Assembly (NCBI GenBank): GCA_030390025.1 | Contig: JASTWF010000338.1 | Coordinates: 310,001 to 374,000 of the forward strand | Source of the DNA: Squalus acanthias | Taxonomy: Eukaryota | Direction of reading: 5' to 3' | Length of the DNA: 64,000 nucleotides | Shown here: in pieces, positions 24,142-38,700 of the stretch | Numbering within the stretch: position 1 is the first letter of the stretch | How the letters are laid out: every line of letters starts with the position of its first letter | Translations under genes and position numbers: made by a program | Notes under the pieces: generated by a model | Seen by the model: only the letters and a program-made list of their open reading frames with translations | Told to the model about the DNA's origin: nothing | Database searches by the model: none

Positions 24142-25810
24142 GACAGTCACTCTCACCTCACCTCTGGAATTCAGCTCTTTTGTCCATGTTTGGACCAAGG
24201 CTGTAATGCGGTCAGGAGCCAAGTGGTCCTGACGGAAACCAAACTGGTCATCGGTGAGCTGGTTATTTGTGCCTTTGTTAGTGCCGCTTGATAGCATTGT
24301 CGATGACAGCTTCCATCACTTTGCTGATGATGGAGAGATGGCTGTCGGATTAGTCCAGCTTTTTGTGGACTGTACATACCTGGCCAATTTACCACTTTGT
24401 CGGTGAGATGCCAGTACAGGAACAGCTTGGATAGTGTTGCAGCTAGTTCTGGACACAGGTCTTCAGCACTGCAGCCGCGATGTTGTCAGAACCCATAGCC
24501 TTTGCTGTATCCAGTGCGCTGTACCATTCTTGATATCACGTGGAGTGAAGTGAATTAGCTGAAGACTGGCTTCTGTGAGGGTGGGACCTCAGGAGCAGGC
24601 CGAGATGCATCATCCACTTGGCACTTGTGACTGAAGATGGTTGCGAAGGCTTCAGCCTTGTCTTTTTCACTCAGGTGCTGCGCTCCGCCATCATTGAGGA
24701 TGTGGATGTTCAAGGAGCCTCCTCCTCCCATTAGTTGTTTAATTGTCCATCACCATTCCCGACTGGATGTGACAGGACTGCAGAGCTTTGATCTGATCCA
24801 TTGGGTGTGGGATCGCTTAGCTCTGTCTATAGCACGCTGCCTCCGCTGTTTAACATGCATATAGTCCTGTGTTGTAGCTTCACCAAGTTGGTGTCTGATT
24901 TTCTGATACACCTGGTGCAGCTCCTGGAATGCTCTTCAACACTCCTTATTGAACCAGGGCTGGTTTGATGGTAATGGTAGAATGAGGGATATGCCGGGCC
25001 ATGAGTTTACAGATTATGGTGGAATATAATTCTGTTGCTGCTGATGGCCCACAGCGCCTCATGGATGCCCAGTTTTGAGCTGCTAGATGTGTTCTTAATC
25101 TATCCCATTTAGCACAGTGGTAGGGCACAGAACATGATGAAGGGGTGTCCTCAGTGACTCGGTAGTACCATGATTGACCGAGTTGGCTGAGTCCTGAAGG
25201 ACATAGCAGCCAGACTGACTCACGGCAGGTGGTGAGAGAACAAACACGTGCCTCTACCGAGCAACACTTGGTGATGGACATTGAAGTCCCCCACCTAGAG
25301 TACATTCTGTGCCCCAGCAGCCACAGTGCACCGGAGGAGGAGGGAGTAAATGTTTAAGATGGTGGATGGGGGAGCTGATTAAGCGGCCTGCTTTCCCCTG
25401 GATTGTGTCGAGCTTCGTGAGTGTTGTTGGAGCTGCAACCGTCCAGGCAAGTGGAAAATATTCCATCGCACTCCTGACTTGTGCCTTGTAGGGGGTGGAA
25501 AGGCTTTGGGGAGTCAGGAGGTGGTGAGTCACTTGCGCAGAATACCCAGCATCTGACTAGCGCTTGTAGGCACAGTATTTATTTGGCTGATCTAGTTAAG
25601 TTTTTGGTCAATGGTGACCCCCAGGATGTTGATGGTGGGGAATTCAATGATGGTAATGCCATTGACTGTCATGGGGAGGTGGTTAGACTCTCTCTTGTTG
25701 GAGATGGTCATTGTCTGGCACTTGTGTGTCACAAATGTTACTTGCCACTTATCATCCCCAACCTGCATGCTGTCCAGGTCTTGCTGCACGTGGACACAGA
25801 CAGCCTCATT

Positions 25811-26315
25811 GGGACAAAAATTCGGCACTTGCCGGGTGAGTACGCGCTGTGTACTCACCCGTAAGGCCTCCTGAAGTGCCGGTTTCCTGCATGCACTGCG
25901 CATGCGCGGGAAACTGGAACTTCCGGTCTCGTGAAGGGAGGGGTTCAGAGGTGAACCGCGTGCACGGGAGAGGCTGCGCGCACGCAGGGAACTTAGTTTT
26001 TTTTCAGGTTTCTCCGGTAAGGTAAGTATGGAAGAAGCTGCGCTTTTAAAAAGGAGGCGCAGGACCCGTTTTTAACAAGGTAAGTGGTTAATTAATTACA
26101 ATTAAAAAAAATTTCAACAGGTTTATCTTTTTTAGATACTTTAAAGAAAGGTAAGTTTATTTTTAGCACTCTTAAAAAGTATTTTAATTTTTTCAAAAAT
26201 TTAAATTTTTGTTTTAAGTAGTTAATTTATTTAACTGATAGTTATTTTAAAAATGTGATGGTTTTTTAAAAAATTTATTTGAAGTTTAGGTGTTGTTTTG
26301 GGGCCGATTTCAATT
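25811..26315. mobile_element. One end of a putative non-autonomous DNA transposon (MITE-like); second copy 29515-30022
   Basis: Abrupt break in LINE-A at ctgcctcatt|GGG; GC-rich hairpin part then AT-rich part; the other terminus is replaced by CR1. Confidence 0.55.
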
Positions 26316-26329
26316 CATAGATTTGACAG

Positions 26330-27422
26330 GTCTTGGTTGGCGGACAGAAAGCAGAGTAGGAATTAATGGGTCTTTTTCCGAATGGCAAGTAGTGACTAGT
26401 GGGGTACCGCAGGGATCGGTCCTTGGACCCCAGCTATTCACAATATACATTAATGATCTAGATAAGGGAACTAAATGTAATATCTCCAAGTTTGCAGATG
26501 ACACAAAGCTGGGTGGGAGTGTGTGCTGCGAGGAGGATACCGAGAAACTCCAGGATGATTTGGACAGGTTGGGTGATTGGGCAGAAGTGTGGCAGATGCA
26601 ATATAACGTGGATAAATGCGAGGTTATCCACTTTGGTGTCAAAAACAGAAAGGCAGACTATTATCTGAATGGCAATAGATTGGGAGAAGGGGAAGTGCAA
26701 CGAGACCTGGGTGTCCTTGTGCACCAGTCGCTGAAAGTAAGCATGCAGGTGCAGCAGGCGGTGAAGAAGGCAAATGGTATGTTGGCCTTCATAGCGAAAG
26801 GGTTTGAGTATAGGAACAGGGATGTCCTGCTGCAGTTGTACAGGGCCTTGGTGAGACCACACCTTGAGTACTGTGTGCAGTTTTGGTCGCCTTATCTGAG
26901 AAAGGATGTTCTTGCCATGGAAGGAGTTCACCGAAGATTCACAAGGCTGATACCTGGGATGGCAGGAATGACATATGAGGAGAGATTGGGTCGATTGGGC
27001 TTATACTCGCTGGAGTATAGAAGAATGAGAGGGGATCTCATCGAAACATATAAAATTCTGACAGGTCTGGACAAACTAGATGCAGGAAGAATGTTTCCGA
27101 TGGTCGGAGAGTCCAGAACCAGGGGTCATAATCTAAGGATAAGGGGTAAGCCATTTAGGACAGAAATTAGGAAGTATTTCTTCACCCAGAGAGTGGTGAA
27201 CCTGCGGAATTCTCTACCACAGAAGGTAGTTGAGGCCAAGTCATTAAATATATTCAAGAATGAGTTAGATATATTTCTTAAAGCTAAAGGTATCAAGGGA
27301 TATGGGGAGAAGGCAGGTACAGGGTACTGAGTTTGGATGATCAGCCATGATCTCATCGAATGGCGGAGCAGGCTCGAGGGGCCGAATGGCCTACTCCTGC
27401 TCCTATCTTCTATGTTTCTATG
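26330..27422 (+). mobile_element. CR1 3' half; related copies 30040-30105 (stub), 31111-32189, 41070-42072
   Basis: ORF 26290-27330 with RT motifs [10 protein letters not shown] and SKFADDTK; tail joined to the same LINE-A position in 27422, 32189 and 42072. Confidence 0.93.
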
Positions 27423-30400
27423 AATCACTTGTGCAGAATACCCAATGTCTGACTAACTCTTGTAGCCATAGTATTTATTTGGCCGATCTAGTTAATTTTC
27501 TGGTCAATGGTGACCCCCAGGATGTTGATGGTGGGGAATTCAACGATGGTAATGCCATTGAATGTCATGGGGAGGTGGGTAGACTCTCTCTTGTTGGAGA
27601 TGGTCATTGTCTGGCACGTGTGTGGCACAAATGTTACTTGCCACTTATCATCCCCAACCTGAATGTTGTCCAGGTCTTGCTGCACGTGGACACAGACTGC
27701 CTCATTATCTGATGAATTGCGAATGTAACTTGACACTGTGTAATCAACAGTGAACATCCCCACTTCTGAAGGTCATTAATAAAAGCAGTTGAAGATGTTG
27801 GGCTGAGGACACTGTCCTGAGTAACTGCTGCACCGATGACCTGGGGCTGAGATGATTGGCCTCCAATAACCACAGGCATCTTCCTTTTGTGCTAGATATG
27901 ACACCATCCAGTGGAGAGTTTTCCCCCAATCACCATTGACTTCAGTTTTACTCGGGCTCCTTGGTGCCGCACTCGGTCAAATGCTGCCTTGATGTCGAGT
28001 ACAGTCACTCTCACCTCACCTCTGGAATTCAGCCCTTTTGTCAATGTTTGGACCAAGGCTGTAATGAGGTCAGGAGCCAAGTGGTCCTGGCGGAAACCCA
28101 ACTAGTCATTGGTGAGCAGGTTATTTGTGCATTAGTGACGCTTGATAGCATTGTGGATGACAACTTCCATCACTTTGCTGATGTTGGAGAGATGGCTGAT
28201 GGGGTGGTAACTGGCTGTTGGATTAGTCCAGCTGTTTGCGGACTGGACATACCTGTCTAATTTATCACTTTGTCGGGTAGATGCCAGTACTCGATCAGCT
28301 TGGCTAGAGGTGCAGCAAGTTCTGGAGCACAGGTCTTCAGCTCTGCAGCCAGGATGTTGCCGGGGCCCATAGCCTTTGCTGTATCCAGAGCGCTCTACCG
28401 TTCTTGATATCACGTGGAGTGAAGCAAATTGTTTGAAGACTGGCTTCTGTGATGGTGGTGACCTCAGGAGCAGGCCGAGATACATCATCCACTTGGCACT
28501 TGTGGCTGAAGATGGTTGTGAAGGCATCAGCCTTGTCTTTTGCACTCACATGCTGTGCTCCGCCATCGTCCTGTGTTGTAGCTTCACCAAGTTGGTTTCT
28601 GATTTTCAGATACACCTGGTGCAGCTCCTGGAATGTTCTTCAACATTCCTTATTGAACCAGGGCTGGTTTGATGGTAATGGCAGAATGAGGGATATGCCA
28701 GCCCATGAAGTTACAGATTATGGTGGAATACAATTCTGTTGCTGCTGATGGCCCACAGCACCTCATGGATGCCCAGTTTTGAGCTGCTAGATGTGCTCTG
28801 AATCTATTCCATTTAGCACGGTGGTAGTGCACAGAACACGATGAAGGGGTGTCCTCACTGGCTCGGTAGTGCCATGATTGACCGAGCTGGCTGAGTCCTG
28901 AAGGACATAGCAGCCAGACTGGCTCACGGCAGGTGGTGAGATAACAAACATGAGCCACTACCGAGCCACACTTGGTGATGGACATTGATGTTCCCCAGCC
29001 AGAGTACATTCTGTGCACCAGCAGCCACAGTGCGCCGGATGAGGAGGGAGTAAATGTTTAAGATGGTGGATGGGGGAGCTGATTAAGCGGCCTGCTTTCC
29101 CCTGGATTGTGTCGAGCTTCGTGAGTGTTGTTGGAGCTGCAACCGTCCAGGCAAGTGGAAAATATTCCATCGCACTCCTGACTTGTGCCTTGTAGGGGGT
29201 GGAAAGGCTTTGGGGAGTCAGGAGGTGGTGAGTCACTTGCGCAGAATACCCAGCATCTGACTAGCGCTTGTAGGCACAGTATTTATTTGGCTGATCTAGT
29301 TAAGTTTTTGGTCAATGGTGACCCCCAGGATGTTGATGGTGGGGAATTCAATGATGGTAATGCCATTGACTGTCATGGGGAGGTGGTTAGACTCTCTCTT
29401 GTTGGAGATGGTCATTGTCTGGCACTTGTGTGTCACAAATGTTACTTGCCACTTATCATCCCCAACCTGCATGTTGTCCAGGTCTTGCTGCACGTGGACA
29501 CAGACTGCCTCATTGGGCCAAAAATTCGGCACTTGCCGGGTGAGTATGCGCTGTGTACGCACCCGTAAGGCCTCCTGAAGTGCCGGTTTCCTGCATGCAC
29601 TGCGCATGCGCGGGAAACTGGAACTTCCGGTCTCGTGAAGGGAGGGGTTCAGAGGTGAAACGCGTGCACGGGAGAGGCTGCGCGCACACAGGGAACTTAG
29701 TTTTTTTTCAGGTTTCTCCGGTAAGGTAAGTATGGAAGAAGCTGCGCTTTTAAAAAGGAGGCGCAGGACCCGTTTTTAACAAGGTAAGTGGTTAATTAAT
29801 TACAATTAAAAAAAATTTCAACAGGTTTATCTTTTTTAGATACTTTAAAGAAAGGTAAGTTTATTTTTAGCACTCTAAAAAAGTATTTTAATTTTTTCAA
29901 AAATTTAAATTTTTGTTTTAAGTAGTTAATTTATTTAACTGATAGTTATTTTAAAAATGTGATGGTTTTTAAAAAATTTAATTATTTGAAGTTTAGGTGT
30001 TGTTTTGGGGCCGATTTCAATTCATAGATTTGACAGGTCTTGGTTGGCGGACAGAAAGCAGAGTAGGAATTAATGGGTCTTTTTCCGAATGGCAAGTAGT
30101 GACTAGGACTCTCACTTCACCTCTGGAATTCAGCTCTTTTGTCCATGTTTGGCCCAATGCTGTAATGAGGTCAGGAGCCAAGTGGTCCTGGCGGAAAGCA
30201 AACTGAGCATCGGGGAGCAGGTTATTTGTGCTTTGTTAGTGCCTCGTGATCGTATTGTCGATGGCAGCTTCCATCACTATGCTGATGAAGGAGAGATGGC
30301 TGATGGGGTGGTAACTGGCTGTTGGATTAGTCCCGCTTTTTGCGGACTGGCCATACCTGACCAATTTACCATTTTGTCGGGTAGATGCCAGTACGGGAAC

Positions 30401-33400
30401 AGTTTGGCTAGAGGTGCAGCTAGTTCTGGAGCACAGGTCTTCAGCACTGCAGCCGGGATGTTGTCGGGGCCCATAGCCTTTGCTGTATCCAGTGCGCTCT
30501 ACCGTTCTTGATATCACGTGGAGTGAAGTGAATTGGCTGAAGACTGGCTTCTGTGATGGTGGTGACCTGAGGAGGAGGTCGAGATGCATCATCCACTTGG
30601 CACTTGTGACTGAAGATGGTTGCGAAGACTTCAGCCTTGACTTTTTCACTCACGTGCTGTGCTCCACCATCGTTGAGGATGGGAATGTTCAAGGAGCCTC
30701 CTCCTCCCGTCAGTTGTTAATTGTCCATCACCATTCCCGACTGGATGTGACAGGACTGCAGAGCTTTGATCTGATCCATTGGGTGTGGGATCGCTTAGCT
30801 CTGTCTATAGAATGCTGCCTCTGCTGTTTAACATGCATACAGTCCTGTGTTGTAGCTTCAGTAAGAAGGTTTCTGATTTTCAGGTACACTTGGTGCAGCT
30901 CCTGGAATGCTCTTCAACACTCCTTATTGAACAAGGTGTGGTTTGATGGTAATGGTAGAATGAGGGATATGCCGGGCCATGAGGTTACAGATTATGGTGG
31001 AATACAATTCTGTTGCTGCTGATGGCCCACAGCGCCTCATGGATGCCCAGTTTTGAGCTGCTAGATGTGTTCTTAATCTATCCCATTTAGCACGGTGGTA
31101 GGGCACAGAAGCGGGACAGAAGCAGAGTAGGAATTAATGGGTCTTTTTCCGAATGGCAAGTAGTGACTAGTGGGGTACCGCAGGGATCGGTCCTTGGACC
31201 CCAGCTATTCACAATATACATTAATGATCCAGATAAGGGAACTAAATGTAATATCTCCAAGTTTGCAGATGACACAAAGCTGGGTGGGAGTGTGTGCTGC
31301 GAGGAGGATACCGAGAAACTCCAGGATGATTTGGACAGTTGGATGATTGGGCAGAAGTGTGGCAGATGCAATATAACGTGGATAAATGCGAGGTTATCCA
31401 CTTTGGTGTCAAAAACAGAAAGGCAGACTATTATCTGAATGGCAATAGATTGGGAGAAGGGGAAGTGCAACGAGACCTGGGTGTCCTTGTGCACCAGTCG
31501 CTGAAGGTAAGCATGCAGGTGCAGCAGGCGGTGAAGAAGGCAAATGGTATGTTGGCCTTCATAGCGAAGGGTTTGAGTATAGGAACAGGATGTCCTGCTG
31601 CAGTTGTACAGGGCCTTGGTGAGACCACACCTTGAGTACTGTGTGCAGTTTTGGTCGCCTTATCTGAGGAAGGATGTTCTTGCCATGGAGGAGTTCAGCG
31701 AAGATTCACAAGGCTGATACCTGGGATGGCAGGAATGACATATGAGGAGAGATTGGGTCGATTGGGCTTATACTCGCTGGAGTATAGAAGAATGAGAGGG
31801 GATCTCATCGAAACATATAAAATTCTGACAGGTCTGGACAAACTAGATGCAGGAAGAATGTTCCCGATGGTCGGAGAGTCCAGAACCAGGGGTCATAATC
31901 TAAGGATAAGGGGTAAGCCATTTAGGACAGAAATGAGGAAGAATTTCTTCACCCAGAGAGTGGTGAACCTGTGGAATTCTCTACCACAGAAGGTAGTTGA
32001 GGCCAAGTCATTAAATATATTCAAGAATGAGTTAGATATATTTCTTAAAGCTAAAGGTATCAAGGGATATGGGGAGAAGGCAGGTACAGGGTACTGAGTT
32101 TGGATGATCAGCCATGATCTCATCGAATGGCGGAGCAGGCTCGAGGGGCCGAATGGCCTACTCCTGCTCCTATCTTCTATGTTTCTATGAATCACTTGCT
32201 GCAGAATACCCAACGTCTGACTAACTCTTGTAGCCATAGTATTTATTTGGCCGATCTAGTTAATTTTCTGGTCAATGGTGACCCCCAGGATGTTGATGGT
32301 GGGGAATTCAACTATGGTAATGCCATTGAATGTCATGGGGAGGTGGGTAGACTCTCTCTTGTTGGAGATGGTCATTGTCTGGCACGTGTGTGGCACAAAT
32401 GTTACTTGCCACTTATCATCCCCAACCTGAATGTTGTCCAGGTCTTGCTGCACGTGGACACAGACTGCCTCATTATCTGATGAATTGCGAATGTAACTTG
32501 ACACTGTGTAATCAGCAGTGAACATCCCCACTTCTGAAGGTCATTAATAAAGCAGTTGAAGATGTTGGGCTGAGGACACTGTCCTGAGTAACTGCTGCAC
32601 CGATGACCTGGGGCTGAGATGATTGGCCTCCAATAACCACAGGCATCTTCCTTTTGTGTTAGATATGACACCATCCAGTGGAGAGTTTTCCCCCAATCAC
32701 CATTGACTTCAGTTTTACTCGGGCTCCTTGGTGCCGCACTCGGTCAAATGCTGCCTTGATGTCGAGTACAGTCACTCTCACCTCACCTCTGGAATTCAGC
32801 CCTTTTGTCAATGTTTGGACCAAGGCTGTAATGAGGTCAGGAGCCAAGTGGTCCTGGCGGAAACCCAACTAGTCATTGGTGAGCAGGTTATTTGTGCATT
32901 AGTGACGCTTGATAGCATTGTGGATGACAGCTTCCATCACTTTGCTGATGTTGGAGAGATGGCTGATGGGGTGGTAACTGGCTGTTGGATTAGTCCAGCT
33001 GTTTGCGGACTGGACATACCTGTCTAATTTATCACTTTGTCGGGTAGATGCCAGTACTCGATCAGCTTGGCTAGAGGTGCAGCAAGTTCTGGAGCACAGG
33101 TCTTCAGCTCTGCAGCCAGGATGTTGCCGGGGCCCATAGCCTTTGCTGTATCCAGTGCGCTCTACCATTCTTGATATCACGTGGAGTGAAGCAAATTGTT
33201 TGAAGACTGGCTTCTGTGATGGTGGTGACCTCAGGAGCAGGCTGAGATGCATCGTCCACTTGGCACTTGTGGCTGAAGATGGTTGTGAAGGCATCAGCCT
33301 TGTCTTTTTCACTCACGTGCTGTGCTCCGCCATCATCCTGTGTTGTAGCTTCACCAAGTTGGTTTCTGATTTTCAGATACACCTGGTGCAGCTCCTGGAA

Positions 33401-35746
33401 TGCTCTTCAACATTCCTTATTGAACCAGGGCTGGTTTGATGGTAATGGCAGAATGAGGGATATGCCAGGCCATGAAGTTACAGATTATGGTGGAATACAA
33501 TTCTGTTGCTGCTGATGGGCCACAGCACCTCATGGATGCCCAGTTTTGAGCTGCTAGATGTGCTCTGAATCTATTCCATTTAGCACGGTGGTAGTGCCAC
33601 AGAACATGATGAAGGGGTGTCCTCAGTGACTCGGTAGTACCATGATTGACCAAGCTGGCTGAGTCCTGAAGGACATAGCAGCCAGACTGACTCACGGCAG
33701 GTGGTGAGAGAACAAACATGAGCCACTACCGAGCCACACTTGGTGATGGACATTGAAGTCCCCCACCCAGAGTACATTCTGTGCCCCAGCAGCCACAGTG
33801 CGCCGGAGGAGGAGGGAGTAAATGTTTAAGATGGTGGATGGGGAGCTGATTAAGCGGCCTGCTTTCCCTTGGATTGTGTCGAGCTTCGTGAGTGTTGTTG
33901 GAGCTGCAACCGTCCAGGCAAGTGGAGAATATTCCATCGCACTCCTGACTTGTGCCTTGTAGGGGGTGGAAAGGCTTTGGGGAGTCAGGAGGTGGTGAGT
34001 CACTTGCGCAGAATACCCAGCATCTGACTAGCTCTTGTAGCCACAGTATTTATTTGGCTGATCTAGTTAAGTTTCTGGTCAATGGTGACCTCCAGGAAGT
34101 TGATGTTGGGGAATTCAACAATGGTAATGCTATTGAATGTCATGGGGAGGTGGTTAGACTCTCTCTTGTTGGAGATGGTCATTGTCTGGCACTTGTGTGG
34201 CACAAATGTTACTTGCCACTTATCATCCCCAACCTGAATGTTGTCCGGGTTTGCTGCATGTGGACACAGACTGCCTCATTATCTGACGAATTACGAATGT
34301 AACTTGACACTGTGCAATCAGCAGTGAACATCCCCACTTCTGAAGGTCATTAATAAAGCAGTTGAAGATGTTGGGCCTAGGACACTGTCCTGAGTAACTG
34401 CTACAGCGATGACCTGGGGCTGAGATGATTGGCCTCCAATAACCACAACCATCTTCCTTGTGCTAGATATGACACCATTCAGTGGAGAGTTTTCCCCCGA
34501 TGCCCATTGACTTCAGTTTTGCAAGGGCTCCTTGGTGCCACACTCGGTCAAATGCTGCCTTGATGTCGAGGACAGTCACTCTCACCTCACCTCTGGAATT
34601 CAGCTCTTTTGTCCATGTTTGGACCAAGGCTGTAATGAGGTCAGAAGCCAAGTGTTGGCCTTCATTACAAGAGGATTTGAGTACAGGAGCAAGGATGTCT
34701 TACTACAGTTGTACAGGGCCTCGGTGAGACCACACCTGGAGTACAGTCTGCAGTTTTGGTATCCTTACCTAAGAAAGGATATACTTGCCATAGCGGGAGT
34801 GCAGCGAAGGTTCACCAGACTGATTCCTGGGATGACAGGATTGTCATATGAGGAGAGATTGGGTCGACTAGGCCTGTATTCACTAGAGTTTAGAAGAATG
34901 AGAGGGGATCTCATTGAAACGTATAAAATTCTGACAGGGCTAGACAGACTGGATGCAGGGAGGATGTTTCCCCTGGCTGGGGGGTCTAGAACGAGGGGTC
35001 ACAGTCTCAGGATACGGGGTAGTACATTTAGGACTGAGATGAGAGAAATTTCTTCACTCAGAGGGTGGTGAACCTGTGGAATTCTCTACCACAGAAGGCT
35101 GTGGAGGCCAAGTCACTGAATATATTTAAGAAGGTGATAGATAGATTTCTAGACACAAAAGGCATCAAGGGGTATGGGGAGAGAGCGGAATATGGTATTG
35201 AGATAGAGGAGCAGCCATGATCATATTGAATGGCGGAGCAGGCTCGAAGGGCCGAATGGCCTACTCCTGCTGCTATTTTTCTTTGTTTCTTTCTATGTTT
35301 CAAGTGCTCCTGGCGGAAACCAAACTGGGCATCGGTGAGCAGGTTATTTGAGCGTAAGTGCCGCTTGATAGCATTGTCAATGACAGCTTCCATCACTTTG
35401 CTAATGATGGAGAGATGGCTGATGGGGTGGTAACTGGCTGTTGGATTAATCCAGCTTTTTCTGGACTGGACATACCTGGCCAATTTACCACTTTGTCGGG
35501 TAGATGCCAGTACTGGAGCAGCTTGGCTAGAGGTGCAGCTAGTTCTGGAGCACAGGTCTTCAGCTCTGCAGCCGGGATGTTGCCGGGGCCCATAGCCTTT
35601 GCTGTATCCAGTGCGCTCTACCGTTCTTGATATCACGTGGAGTGAAGCAAATTGGCTGAAGACTGGCTTCTGTGATGGTGGTGACCTCAGGAGCAGGCCG
35701 AGATGTATCGTCCACTTGGCACTTGTGGCTGAAGATGGTTGTGAAG

Positions 35747-38700
35747 GAATCAGACTAGGGTCCTGAATTTAAATAAAGTAAACTACAATGGTATGAGGCG
35801 CGAATTGGCTAGGATGGATTGGGGAACGTTACTTAAAGGGTTGACGGTGGATAGGCAATGGCAAACATTTAAAGATCGCATGGATAAACTACAGAATTTG
35901 TTCATCCCTGTTTGGCATAAAAATAAAACAAAAAAGGTGACTCAACCATGGCTAACAAGGGAAATTAGGGATAGCATAAGATCCAAGGAGACGACATATA
36001 AATTGGCCAGAAAAAGCAGCAAACCTGAGGATTGGGAGCAGTTTAGGATTCAGCAAAGGAGGACAAAGGGATTAATTAAGAGGGGGAAAATAGAGTATGA
36101 GAGTAAGCTTGCAGGGAACATAAAAACTGACTGTAAAAGCTTCTTCAGATATGTGAAGAGAAAAAGATTGGTGAAGTCAAGCGTAGGTCCCTTGCAGTCA
36201 GAATCAGGGGAATTTATAATGGGGAACAAAGAAATGGCAGACCAATTAAATACATACTTTGGTTCTGTCTTCACAAAGGAGGACACAAATAACCTCCCAG
36301 AGATGTCGGGGAACATAGGGTCTAATGAGAGGGAAGAACTGAAAGAAATCAGTATTTGCAGGGAAATGGTGTTAGGGAAATTGACGGGATTGAAGGCTGA
36401 TAAATCCCCAGGGCCTGATAATCTACATCCTAGGGTACTTAAGGAAGTGGCCCTAGAAATAGTAGATGCATTGCTGGTCATCTTCCAAACTTCTATAGAC
36501 TCTGGAACAGTTCCCATGGATTGGAGGGTAGCTAATATAACCCCAGTATTTAATAAAGGTGGGAGAGAGAAAATGGGGAATTATAGACCGGTAAGCCTGA
36601 CCTCAGTAGTGGGGAAAATGCTAGAGTCCATTCTAAAAGATGTAAAAGCAGAGCAGTTGGAAAACAGTGACAGGATCGGACAAAGTCAACATGGATTTAC
36701 AAAAGGTAAATCATGCTTGACTAATCATCTGGAATTTTTTGAGGATGTAACTGGTAGAATAAAGGGAATTAGGGGTTACGGGGAGCGGGCAGGAAATTGG
36801 ACATGAGGCTGAGTTCGGATCGGTCAAGGCCCTGTGTGTGGCGGAGCGGGCCCAGTGGCTGAGTGGCCGGGTCCTGCTCCTACTTCTTGTGTTCTTTAGA
36901 TTTGAGGTTAGGATCAGATCAGCTATGATCTTATTGAATGGCGGAGCAGGCTCGAGGGGCCGATTGGCCTACTCCTGCTCCTATTTCTTATGTTCTTATG
37001 TTCTTAATAGATAAGGGAGAACCAGTGGATGTGGTGTATTTGGACTTTCAGAAGGCTTTCGATAAGGTCCCGCATAAGAGATTGGCGTGCAAAGTTAAAG
37101 CACATGGGATTGTGGGGGTAAGGTACTGACTTGGATAGAGAACTGGTTGGCAGACAGGAAGCAAAGAGTTGGAATAAACGGGTCTTTTTCCGAGTGGCAG
37201 GCAGTGACTAGTGGGGTAACGCAGGGATCGGTGCTAGGACCCCAGCTATTCACAATATATATTAATGATCTAGACGAGGGTGTAGGGGGTGGTGTGGTAG
37301 GGGTCAGCCTCACCCCTGACTCAGCGAGCGGTTCGAATCGCTCCCACGCCCCTGGTTCTGGACCTTGGACTTATTTGGGGGTTGTGAATAAAGATGCAGT
37401 AGACAACAGGTTCCGATGAAAGAATTTTGACTTTTATTAAAAGAAAAGGTAACAAACTTAAAACACACTTAACTCTTAAACAGGTTGGGGAGCACACGGT
37501 ACAGGCGAGGGAGAATGACAATATACAAAAACCCTTATCCCTCCCAAAAATCCCACTATCTAGCTTGGTCTTGGTTTCAGGAGATCAGGGATAATGCTCA
37601 CCAAACAGGGGTTTTGACAGTGCGAAATCCAGCCAGGTAAGTTGATTGCGATTTTGAGGTACTCTCTTTTTGTCCTTTGGGGCCTGCCGTCCCCACGTGG
37701 TACCAGTCTGTGAAATCTGCGATGGTGGTCTGGTCGTCGAGTTTTGTTGCGTTGGAGGCTTGTCGGGGCGGTACCTTCTGGGGCTGGACCGTGGGTTGAG
37801 CGATGCCGACTCGCTCCCAGCCTCCAGTGACCTTGGCTAGTGGCTGCTAGTGCTAGACCGTGTGCTGAGCGATGCCGACTCGCTCCCAGTGGCCTCAGCT
37901 CTAGCCCTTGCCTGGCCTAGTCTGTCCCTGCCTCCGATCTCGCCCCGGGTCTGCCCCGGGGCCTTGCTGCTTCTCTCCACCTCCTGCTCGTGTCGTGTGG
38001 CTGGTAGTGTCTTGCTGGAACTTGCTGCAACTGGAACAGAGCTGAGAGAGACTTTCTTGGGGGATTAGGCCCTCAATTATACTGTTCAGACCCTTTGTCT
38101 TTTTCGCGCCAAAACCCCTTTCCTAAATCGGTTTCAGTTGAGGCCTGTTCATTCCATTGTCTTAGTTTTGCGGGCTTGTTAAGTTTTGATGGTTTTAACT
38201 TGGTGTTAAATTGTCCTGATGGCTCCCGATGTCTCCCATTTATCTACGTGCCAAATCTTGTCCCTATAGATACCTGGCTGATTGGTTTTTGATGAAGTAA
38301 TGGCTGTACTAGATGTTTTATTGTTTACAGGCTTCTGGCATCCTGTTTGGGCCTGGGGATATTCAAAAGGTGTCTTGAATTATTCAATTTTGGATGTGTT
38401 GTGAGGTTTTGGGTGAGGTTCTTCCTCCTGCCTGGATTGCAGTGCAAACAAATTCCAGACAGCTCGACACCACAAGTTGTCCACTGCCTCGCCACACCCC
38501 TTCACAAAGGTGTTTTTTTTTCCATAGTCATTTTCAAAAGTCATTTTTCCTCAGGTTTTTTTCTTCCCTGATCTTTAAAATGTCCAAAACTGAGGTTTTT
38601 ACCTCAAATCACTTCACTTATGTCCCATCATCCCAAATTCGTAGGAAAAATCCAAAAATCACCCCTTTTAGGGTTCGATACGAGTTTCTGGGGAATTTTG

